A stretch of 64,000 nucleotides of DNA, taken from Candidatus Atabeyarchaeum deiterrae (lineage in GTDB: Archaea; Asgardarchaeota; Atabeyarchaeia; Atabeyarchaeales; Atabeyarchaeaceae). The notes beneath the pieces were generated by a model. The model was not told the DNA's origin and searched no databases. It saw only the letters and a list, made by a program, of their open reading frames with translations. Location of the stretch: assembly GCA_037310415.1 (NCBI GenBank), contig CP147780.1:576001-640000 (forward strand), read 5' to 3'. Shown here one piece after another: positions 30,892 to 39,692 of this stretch (its first letter is position 1; every line of letters starts with the position of its first letter). The position numbers and the translations under genes are program-made.

Positions 30892-32064
30892 TCAACTCAC
30901 TTCGAACTTCTTAAACATCTCTGCTATACTCGAAATTTGTTTATATAGCTCGAGAATCAGTTCCTTCTTCTTTGGCTCCTCGCCTGCAACAATGCTCCTT
31001 TCCTCTTCTCGTGACATGCTCTTGAGGCCTTCTATACACTTGTTCATGTGTTCGAACAGTCTCGAAGCATAAGCTGGCATAGACAGACTGAGCTCTTCTT
31101 TTGCGGCGGAGAAACCTTCCTCCTTCAGTACTTTGACAATCTCTTTGTTATCAAACATCTTCTTCAGATCTCGAACGTCTTGAGCACGCACGATCTCCCC
31201 GTTCCCAACCCAATCACAGAAGTCTTTGTCTTCAAGCTCGTGTTTCTTCATTCCATCTATGATCTTCTTGCTCTCGTATTCAACGAAATATGAAAACTTC
31301 GTGAATGGATTGTCTCTGCCTGTGTAGCTTGGCAAAAACTGTTCGGTCATGAGTTTGTATGCTTTTATCCATCTTCTGATGTCGACCAACGAAAGTTTCG
31401 TCGTATCCATAAGTCGCCGTTCGCTGTATCCCCTCTTGTCCCATAGTATGTACAGCATTCTGGCTCTCTCGTAGGCTTGCCAGTCATTCTGTGCGCGTAA
31501 ATGTGCTATGAGGCGGATGAAGTTTCTTGCGCGCTCATCGGTGCCCTCTGGAAGGATCCTTGCCTTGATCTTCGTGTATTCCTCTTTCCTTGGGTACTTG
31601 TCTCTTAATTCTCTGTAGATAATCACTCTTGTGTTGCCATCTATGCACAGATATTTCTCACCTTTCTTCATGACCCAGATCATTTCGACGGCGCCACCGC
31701 CAGCCTCGATGCTGCTCTTCAATCTGTTGTATGCGTCCACATTCTGCTGTTTCAAGAAATAGACCAGGGTTTTTTGATTTGTTGTCTGCCCCGCGCTAAG
31801 ATAGTTGTCTCTTGCGTATCCAATTCTGGGATTCTCTTCATCCAATTCGATCTCGTCTATGGGAATATCATCGATTTCGATCTCTTCTGGCACGCCATCG
31901 ATTGGAACTTCCATTTTGTACCGATCCTTTTCCTCCTTTCTCTCACTCGGCGCCAGAAGTACACTTTTGTCATCAATGTCTTCGGACAACTTGTCACACC
32001 TCTTCTCTACATTTACCCCCTCATGAAGTCGTGCGGTGAACCCCCAGTGAGTCTGGCAAGTCAA
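30892..32064 (-). CDS. ParB/Srx-like N-terminal domain protein (true start probably later than the ORF start)
   Basis: LDEENPRI, IDGNTRV, WQAYERA; paralog of 28019..29029. Confidence 0.8.
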   Translation of the reverse strand: MTCQTHWGFTARLHEGVNVEKRCDKLSEDIDDKSVLLAPSERKEEKDRYKMEVPIDGVPEEIEIDDIPIDEIELDEENPRIGYARDNYLSAGQTTNQKTLVYFLKQQNVDAYNRLKSSIEAGGGAVEMIWVMKKGEKYLCIDGNTRVIIYRELRDKYPRKEEYTKIKARILPEGTDERARNFIRLIAHLRAQNDWQAYERARMLYILWDKRGYSERRLMDTTKLSLVDIRRWIKAYKLMTEQFLPSYTGRDNPFTKFSYFVEYESKKIIDGMKKHELEDKDFCDWVGNGEIVRAQDVRDLKKMFDNKEIVKVLKEEGFSAAKEELSLSMPAYASRLFEHMNKCIEGLKSMSREEERSIVAGEEPKKKELILELYKQISSIAEMFKKFEVS

Positions 32065-32293
32065 GCATTCTGGCAGTCCTTTTAGTGTGATCTTGCCAAA
32101 ACATGTCTATATAGATTACGTTACACTTGAGACATTCACAATCCTCAGAAGAGCCTCGCGCCAAATCTATTCTTAGCTGAAACCATTGCAGGGCGTGGGT
32201 TGAATGTCTCGTCGGTGGACCGATCATAGAATCAATAAAGAGACAGAGAGGATCAGGCGAGTCACGTACTTGTAGTGACCGACCCTGTGACTA

Positions 32294-32342
32294 GCCTCAT
32301 TATCTTAGGATCGCACCTCTTCATCTTACCCTCAGGAAACAC
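32294..32342 (-). repeat. Relic of atpB 3' end, copy 5
   Basis: VFPEGKMKRCDPKI; near-identical at nucleotide level to 17362-17401 and 36335-36374. Confidence 0.9.
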
Positions 32343-32804
32343 CCGACGACAACTCTTAGTTCTGCCAACCATCCTTTCCTAAGACAGAATTGCATCAACT
32401 GGATGCAAGTGGTGAACTGCTTGTGTAGAGAAGAGACAAAAAGATGTGTCGAAGTCATCCATACGCTAGGCGCCGATGCTCAGCGAGACATAATGTAGGA
32501 GCATCCTTTATGATCCGTCGATCTCAACGGAAACAACCTAGCATCAGAATCAATGAATTCGCAGAAATGAGTTCTGGACAGAAAGCTATATAGAAGGTAT
32601 TCTATAACAAATAATGACCGCGACGAATGAAAACAGACCAAAAAGAGAATAAAGAAGAAACAATATAGTAGCGCGACGAGCAGCCCAGTTGGTTTAAGCT
32701 CCGAATGGGGGTTAAAATGGGGAAATCAACAAAGAATTAGTGAAAACACACATAAATTAGACAGCTTTTCTTGATGAGAAGTAAGACAGAAAGGGGGTTT
32801 CGCA

Positions 32805-33224
32805 TTGGAAAGACTTCCCAACACTGAACTATTGGCATTAGTTGCAAGCTATCTCGGAACAATAGAAGGGCGAAAGCGCTTTCAAAAGATCGTGTTTCTC
32901 CTGAAGGAAGAGTCCGCGGTTCAATTCACCTATCCTTTCACTTCGTACCTTTACGGTCCCTACTCTTCAAGACTCCAAGATGACATCGACATCCTCGTAC
33001 GAACTGGCAATCTACAGGAAGAAAAGGCTGGTTCTCTTTTCCGCTACAAGATTACCGACCTGGGACGCAAGAATGCTCATCAAATAGAGAGGACATACAG
33101 GCAGCATCTCGCGAAAGATCTACGTGGCCACCTGAAAGACTTACAGCAACAGGACACCGAGGAATTGGTGAACCGATCGAAAAGAATAATGAACAAGAAA
33201 ATCAAACACAACATTTTCGCTTAA
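32805..33224 (+). CDS. YwgA/DUF4065 (SocA-Panacea-like) wHTH protein
   Basis: GRKRFQKIVFL, F..YLYGPYS..L. Confidence 0.75.
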   Translation: MERLPNTELLALVASYLGTIEGRKRFQKIVFLLKEESAVQFTYPFTSYLYGPYSSRLQDDIDILVRTGNLQEEKAGSLFRYKITDLGRKNAHQIERTYRQHLAKDLRGHLKDLQQQDTEELVNRSKRIMNKKIKHNIFA

Positions 33225-33235
33225 GGCGAGAAGCA

Positions 33236-34570
33236 ATGTTTTGTGACCCTGAACTCAAGATCAGCATCCCATATGAATACGTAAAAGATCCAATTTATGG
33301 CTATATTAGAGTTTATGAGCACGAGCACAAGATCATCGATACCGAGTCGTTCCAGAGACTTAGACGTATAAAACAGCTAGCCGCGGCGCACTATGTATAT
33401 CCAGGTGCGACACACACACGCTTCTCTCACAGCTTGGGCGTAATGCACCTTTCAGGGCTCTTCGTCAAGCAGTTGCTTGAGTCCTGCAAGAATGAGATTC
33501 CAGATGATACTTTTTTGCGCTATTTCTTCTTAATGAGGCTATGGGGTCTCACCCATGATTTGGGACATGGACCCTACTCTCATACTTTTGACAAAGCGGT
33601 GCTTGAACATATGGGGATAAATCATGAATACATGTCCTCGAAGATTGTCGTGGATGACAATATTATTGCAGAAACCATAGAAAAAGATCTTAGCGACTAC
33701 GACATAAGACCTAAAACACTGTCAGAATACTTGGGTAAGACCCGAGAAGAATGGCCAAAGGGAGAGAAACTAGGTAACACACAACACAATGAATCATCCT
33801 TCTATTACGTACTGAAAGGATCTTATAGCACTGACATTATTGATTACTTGCTCAGAGACAATCTCTATACTGGCGCAGGGTATGGAAACTTCGACTGGCA
33901 ACGATTGATCTTATCTTCATGTCTACACGGCGATGAGGTTGCTCTAGACGTTAGAGCTCGTGATACGTTGGACGCTCTCTTGCTTTCGAGATTATTCTCT
34001 TTCAACACAATCTATTACCATAGATGGTCGAGAGCCGCGGATCACGTAATGAGAGTTTTCTTATCAAAAGCAAACAAGAAAATCGATCTGGCTGACTATG
34101 CCAACGATGTCGAGGAATATAAGAAGCTGGACGAGGAAAGCATTCTCCAAATGAGAGAACTCACTGACATCCCCGAGCGAAAAATGTTGCTTGACAGGGA
34201 AATACCCTTCAGAGAGATTGACAGACGCAAGATCCAGCTCTCCTCTGACATAGCGATTCTGGATGAAGATAACTTGAACTCTAAGCTCTCCGAGACATTG
34301 GAAAGCAGAATCCCTAGTGAAGCGTACTTTGTGGATACACCGAATTTGCCTTTGAACCCAATGAGGGATGAGGACGTCTGTATTGTTGACCACTCATCAT
34401 CGCCAACCGCGGTATGGCACGAGCCTGTCAGGAAAACATCTTGGGGAGAAGTACCTTACTCCGTTTGGATAGTACGACTATACCTAGACAAAAAATATGA
34501 AAAGAATGAGGAAGATGTAAAAAGGGCGTTTCAGGATGCTATCACAGGTAAGAAGGGATCACACTTCTGA
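33236..34570 (+). CDS. HD-domain dNTP triphosphohydrolase-like protein (island copy)
   Basis: FQRLRRIKQL, HTRFSHSLG, HDLGHGPYSH, D.IDYLLRD, YYH. Confidence 0.88.
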   Translation: MFCDPELKISIPYEYVKDPIYGYIRVYEHEHKIIDTESFQRLRRIKQLAAAHYVYPGATHTRFSHSLGVMHLSGLFVKQLLESCKNEIPDDTFLRYFFLMRLWGLTHDLGHGPYSHTFDKAVLEHMGINHEYMSSKIVVDDNIIAETIEKDLSDYDIRPKTLSEYLGKTREEWPKGEKLGNTQHNESSFYYVLKGSYSTDIIDYLLRDNLYTGAGYGNFDWQRLILSSCLHGDEVALDVRARDTLDALLLSRLFSFNTIYYHRWSRAADHVMRVFLSKANKKIDLADYANDVEEYKKLDEESILQMRELTDIPERKMLLDREIPFREIDRRKIQLSSDIAILDEDNLNSKLSETLESRIPSEAYFVDTPNLPLNPMRDEDVCIVDHSSSPTAVWHEPVRKTSWGEVPYSVWIVRLYLDKKYEKNEEDVKRAFQDAITGKKGSHF

Positions 34571-35266
34571 ATTAGGCCCCTTTTGGTCATGCGACGGTTC
34601 TAATGGTTTTTCTTCTTCATAAACTAGTTATGTAGGAACTGATGTTGATTCAAAGATTCTTGATCTACATCGTTGCCAGTTTTCACTTGTCAAGGAGCTT
34701 CGCAATAGTTCATCCTATCCGTTACTTGGGAATTGACCCTATAAGAGCGTGATTCTCGAACTCGCTAAACCTCGTGAGTATGGACGGTTCTGAACGTTTG
34801 AGAAGTGTGTGAATGCCAGATTTCATATACAGGGTAGCGGAGAGCTCAGTGAAAAAACATGTCGAATAAGAACGTCTGTTAACGCCCTAACCTAAGGTTA
34901 TAGAAAAGGCTATGCAGAAGGAAAATCGAATTCTTATCATGGTCACCCTTGGCAACTAGGGAGAATAGAAATAACAATGAACAAAGACAAGGGAAATTAG
35001 AGGAAACCATGAGTCCCTGGTGACCTTCCCTACGAGCACCATCGATGTACTCAGAATCCAAGAGAGAAGGTTAAGCGGTTGAGGACGCAGGACTATCGGG
35101 CGCCTCTCTCAGGGCTTTCTGCAAAAATGGTATAGGATGAACAGCCACGAATCGAGTAGTAGAAGAAGGCAAGATAAGTATGAGACTATTAATAATATCC
35201 ACGGAGTAGCAGGATTAGTGTGCGGTTGCGCAGGTTGTGATTGATCTATATTGATGGATTCTTCAT

Positions 35267-36052
35267 ATGCATGATTTTCTAAGGGTGGTTTTGTTGAGAA
35301 TGACTAAGCGGAAACATGTAGTAATCGTAGATACAGGATTTAGGCGACTGATTTATCCCTTGGATTCCTCGTTCATAAAGGATTTGGATCCAAAGCGTGT
35401 TAATAGTTGGATTGAGACTGGTTGGAGTATAGACAAGACTGTCATGCTTGAAATAGATTATCCAACCATTCCAGAATATCGTAGTCCTGAAGGCTCAGTC
35501 GCCTCGAACATATTCTCAGGCATAATATATGCATGGAACACGGGTAAATACTACAGGATAGTCACTTTTAGCAAGAGATATTTTGAAGAAGTCGACGAAT
35601 TTAACAGGAAAGTTGAAGTGTATCATGAGGGGCTTCATTTGAGAAGCTATGAGGACTCTCTGCTTACTGGCTCAAGACCTTTGACAGAAGACGATGTTGC
35701 AAGGGCAGAGGTAGAATATGTTAGAAAGACTTATGGTAATGAGGGGTTTGCTGCAAGGGGGAGACACATATTGACTAATGAAGAAGAGTTCAAGAAAGCT
35801 GATGCGATAGCGGGGGTTGTCGCTCTCCTATGGCTCAGAGAATACTTCGAGGAGGAGCAGGCAAGGTACAGCCCGGTATCTTTCTCCATCCCGTCAAATA
35901 GTGAGTTTGTCAACTCCATCAGAAAGACGCACTATTCGATGATGATTCAACCTGTTACAGCATTTTACAGAGCAGCATTCAACCTTGATCCGTCATTGAT
36001 CTTTAGACACTGTTTGAAGAAGATAAACCTGCGCAACGATTCTCCAGAGTGA
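35267..36052 (+). CDS. Hypothetical protein with HExxH motif
   Basis: YHEGLH. Confidence 0.55.
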   Translation: MHDFLRVVLLRMTKRKHVVIVDTGFRRLIYPLDSSFIKDLDPKRVNSWIETGWSIDKTVMLEIDYPTIPEYRSPEGSVASNIFSGIIYAWNTGKYYRIVTFSKRYFEEVDEFNRKVEVYHEGLHLRSYEDSLLTGSRPLTEDDVARAEVEYVRKTYGNEGFAARGRHILTNEEEFKKADAIAGVVALLWLREYFEEEQARYSPVSFSIPSNSEFVNSIRKTHYSMMIQPVTAFYRAAFNLDPSLIFRHCLKKINLRNDSPE

Positions 36053-36272
36053 GGACCGAATTGCAGAAGGCGATACCGAAAGAAATGATAGAGCCTTTAA
36101 GAGCCAAGTATGAGAGCGAATGGCAGGAAGAGTGGGAGAAGGCAGTTCTAAGGATTATGCTGTTCACTTAATTCCTGTAGAATATGCACTAAATTACGCC
36201 CTACGGGAATACAACACAGACACACCTCGCAGGAAGGCCAAAAAAGAAGGGTCAGACAGCCAAAAAAGAGGA

Positions 36273-37775
36273 CTACGCAGTTGCTGACTGGGACATGTGC
36301 TTATACCTGTTCGCTTTCCTCGCAGCGTCAAGGGTCTTAGGGTCGCACCGCTTCATCTCACCCTCAGGAAACACAGACAACAAATCCCAGGCGAGATCAA
36401 GAGTCTGATCAATGCTACGATCCACATATTCACCTTGAGTGATAAACTTCCGCTCAAACGTATCAGCAAACTTCAAATACGCCTTATCCCGATCACTCAA
36501 AGCCTCCTCACCAATCACAGCAACTAAATCCCTGAAATCCATACCCTCACTAAAAGCATAATACAACTGATCCGACACTTCCCTATGATCCTCACGCGTC
36601 AACCTTTCTCCAGATTTTGTCACACCGATCCCCTCCTTCATCAACCGACTCAAAGACGGACGCGGGTCGATCGGGGGGTATATACCCTTGTGATGGAGAG
36701 CCTCAGAAATAATGAGCTGTCCCTCAGTAATATACCCAGTAAGATCTGGAACGGGGTGTGTGATATCAGAATGCGGCATCGTCAAGACTGGCATTTGTGT
36801 TATTGTGCCTTTTCTGCCTATTATGCGTCCTGCTCTTTCGTATATGCTGGCGAGGTCTGTGTAGAGGTATCCTGGGTATCCTCTTCTTCCTGGGACTTCT
36901 TCTCTTGCTGCGCTGATTTCTCGTAGGGCTTCTGCGTAGTTTGTCATGTCTGTTAGGATGGCTAGGACGTGTAGGTTTTGTGTGTATGCTAGGTATTCTG
37001 CTGTTGTTAGGGCGCATCGGGGTGTTATGATGCGTTCTATTGCTGGGTCGTCTGCGAGGTTTAGGAATAGGACTGTGCGTTCGAGTGCGCCTGTTCGTTC
37101 GAAGTCTTTGCGGAAGTATTGTGCTTCTTCTGCTGTTATGCCCATGGCTGCGAATACTACGGCGAATTGTTCTTCTTTGCCGAGTACTTTTGCTTGGCGT
37201 GCTATTTGTGCGGCTATGCGGTTGTGTGGTAGTCCTGCTCCGCTGAAGAGTGGTAGTTTTTGTCCGCGTACGAGTGTGTTCATTCCGTCTATGGTGCTGA
37301 TTCCTGTTTGGATGAATTCTCGGGGGTATGCTCGTGCTTCGGGGTTTATTGGGCTGCCGTTTATGTCCCACATGTCTTCGGGTATGATTGGTGGTCCGTT
37401 GTCTATGGGTTCGCCTGAGCCGTCTAGGGTTCTGCCGAGTATGTCGGTTGTTACTGGGATTTTTAGTGGTTCGCCTGTGAATTGTGCTTGTGTGTTTTTG
37501 GTGTCGAGTCCTGTTGTGCCTTCGAAGACTTGGACGATGGCTTTGGTTTTGGTGATTTCTAGGACTGTGCCTCTTCTTTTTTCTCCGTCTGGTGTGGTTA
37601 TGTTGACGAGTTCGTTGTATCCTACGCCTTGGACGTTTTGGATGATGATTAGTGGTCCTGTTACGTCTGAGATGGTTTTGTAGGTTCTTTTGGCGTAGAG
37701 TGCTGCTGCGGCGATGTGGGCGGCTGTGGCTGTTTTGGTGGCGCTTTCTTGTTTTTGTTGTTTGGTTGTTGCCAT
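36273..37775 (-). CDS. atpB: A/V-type ATP synthase subunit B
   Basis: [59 protein letters not shown]. Confidence 0.98.
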   Translation of the reverse strand: MATTKQQKQESATKTATAAHIAAAALYAKRTYKTISDVTGPLIIIQNVQGVGYNELVNITTPDGEKRRGTVLEITKTKAIVQVFEGTTGLDTKNTQAQFTGEPLKIPVTTDILGRTLDGSGEPIDNGPPIIPEDMWDINGSPINPEARAYPREFIQTGISTIDGMNTLVRGQKLPLFSGAGLPHNRIAAQIARQAKVLGKEEQFAVVFAAMGITAEEAQYFRKDFERTGALERTVLFLNLADDPAIERIITPRCALTTAEYLAYTQNLHVLAILTDMTNYAEALREISAAREEVPGRRGYPGYLYTDLASIYERAGRIIGRKGTITQMPVLTMPHSDITHPVPDLTGYITEGQLIISEALHHKGIYPPIDPRPSLSRLMKEGIGVTKSGERLTREDHREVSDQLYYAFSEGMDFRDLVAVIGEEALSDRDKAYLKFADTFERKFITQGEYVDRSIDQTLDLAWDLLSVFPEGEMKRCDPKTLDAARKANRYKHMSQSATA

Positions 37776-38311
37776 GGGTGTGTTCTCCGTGTTGTTGTTT
37801 GAGGTGGTTGGGGTTTGGTTGATTGTGTGTGTCTTATAATTTTTGTGGTTTTGGTATCTGGTGTTTTGGGTTGGTTAGGGGAATGGGAGGGTCTGTAATC
37901 TTGGGTTTGGTGAGATTGGAGTTGAATGGTTTGGAGGGGGAATTGGACTTGAATGGTGGGGGTGTCGGGTTTTTTTGTGTGATTGTCTTTCTGTGTCTGT
38001 CGATGCTTTTTGTTGTAGGTTAGGTTGATCTTGGGTAGGAGGTGGGTAAGTATTTCTGGATGGTGAGGTTTGATGGAGGATTGGTGAGTACTTCCTTGTT
38101 GGCTGGTTTTTTCTTCTGTTTGGTTGGTGTGACGTGGAGCTCTCGATGAGTTTTGGTTAGGTGTAGTGTGTTTTGTTCTGGTTGAATTTGGAGAATGTTT
38201 ATATTTCAGTGCGTATTTTCTTTTTCGCGAATTGGCATAAGAGGAGATTTCACTTGTGCCGTTCGTTTTTCCGATTTGAAAAGGGTTGATTTTGGATCAG
38301 AGTGGGTGGCT

Positions 38312-39550
38312 TTGCCGAAGCGTAGTCAGGGGCGCAGGGTTAACGTTTGGGTTGCGTTGGCAGTTGTGTTGTTGGCTGTTAACATCGGTCAATTTGCGTT
38401 TTTTGTGTGGTTGCGGCCGAGTGTTCCGGTGGAGGATTCACCCATCCAAGTGGGGGACGTTACTGGTGTGAATAGGGCGAGTTTCCTTGGGAAGACGGTT
38501 ACGTTGGAAGGATACTTCGTTGGTGTGTTGGGGGGGAAATCGTTTCTCACTGCTGGTTTGGATGATTTTAGGCAGAATAGGATTCTTCCGTTGACGAGGT
38601 TTGTTACGATTGGGGGTGACCTTCCGCTGGATCTTTTGAATCAGACGGGTAGCCGCATCTTGCTGAAGGGGGTAGTTGGGATTGATGATTTGAATGCTAA
38701 TTTGACGCGTATTTCGTATGTGTCGCATAAGGTCGTTGAACCAAGTGCGCAGAATTATGCGCTGTGGAATTGGGATAAGCAGATTAGTATTCCTACGCCT
38801 CCGTTTCTGCAGCCGCATAAGTATGCGGTGTTGATGAGTGGGGGGTGGGATGCGGAGCACGCGTTTATGCGTTACTGGAATGATTTGAAATTCATGTTTG
38901 CTATTCTGACTGGGTATGGTTACAGTGGAAGTAATATTTTCGTTCTCTACAAGGATGGCGTTCCTGAGGATGCAGGGATATTTGTGAACGCTTCTTGCAC
39001 GTATGCGAATGTCGCTGCTGCTTTTTCGACTCTGCAGGCGAAGATGACGGATCTTGATGACTTGTTCATCTATACGACGAATCATGGGAACCCGGCGCTC
39101 TGCTTATGGAATCATGACGTACTGATTCCGTCTGACTTGGCGTCGATGTTGCAAGGTATCACGTGCCATGTCATGATCATCTTGATGCAGCAATGTTACG
39201 GGGGGGCGTTCGTACAAGATTTGAGTGGTTCGAACCGGGTGATTATGACCGCGGCGAATTCGAGTCAGTACTCATGGGCTTGCGACAAGGAAGGACCTTG
39301 GGATGAGTTTACGTACCATTTCATGGATGCGATGCGAGGGATGACCTTGATCGCAGACCCTGTGTTTGCAGACTACAATAGTGATGGGAAGGTATCCATG
39401 GTCGAGGCTTTCAATTATGCGCAGAGCATGGATAGTTGCGCTGAAATCCCCCAGTTTGATGATAACGGAGATGGCGTCAGTCATTCGGGATGGATGACCG
39501 TCGGCGGGGATGGCTATCCTGGTGGGCTCGGAGCTACGACGTTTCTGTAG
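38312..39550 (+). CDS. Membrane-anchored C13 (legumain-like, clan CD) cysteine peptidase
   Basis: N-terminal transmembrane helix, KYAVLMSGG, IYTTNHG and MQQCYGG dyad, DYNSDGKVS Ca-binding-like loop. Confidence 0.8.
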   Translation: MPKRSQGRRVNVWVALAVVLLAVNIGQFAFFVWLRPSVPVEDSPIQVGDVTGVNRASFLGKTVTLEGYFVGVLGGKSFLTAGLDDFRQNRILPLTRFVTIGGDLPLDLLNQTGSRILLKGVVGIDDLNANLTRISYVSHKVVEPSAQNYALWNWDKQISIPTPPFLQPHKYAVLMSGGWDAEHAFMRYWNDLKFMFAILTGYGYSGSNIFVLYKDGVPEDAGIFVNASCTYANVAAAFSTLQAKMTDLDDLFIYTTNHGNPALCLWNHDVLIPSDLASMLQGITCHVMIILMQQCYGGAFVQDLSGSNRVIMTAANSSQYSWACDKEGPWDEFTYHFMDAMRGMTLIADPVFADYNSDGKVSMVEAFNYAQSMDSCAEIPQFDDNGDGVSHSGWMTVGGDGYPGGLGATTFL

Positions 39551-39692
39551 ATGATTGTTGGGACCATTTCTCCATATTTCTTCTTTTGACAACGACGAGA
39601 GTTCCGTGATGTCGGCCCGAAAAGTTGCCTTGCTCCTATTCTCAGAGAAAACGCGCAGAGTTGTCAGCAGGGTTTCGGGGAAGGGATTGCTT

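Larger units (their letters stand above)
10621..36272. mobile_element. Composite genomic island downstream of atpB, segmented by atpB 3'-end relics (left border may extend to ~3.2 kb)
   Basis: Five direct-orientation atpB relics; defence, toxin-antitoxin and hypothetical cargo; no integrase seen. Confidence 0.75.

Noticed and set aside
36297-38023. Alternative ORFs overlapping or adjoining atpB (36766..37371, 36946..37683, 37823..38023)
   Set aside because: By-products of extreme strand skew; low-complexity translations with no family motifs.
36700-38200. Canonical archaeal replication origin at the skew flip
   Set aside because: No ORB repeats, AT-rich unwinding element or cdc6/orc1 gene were seen; only the skew itself is reported.
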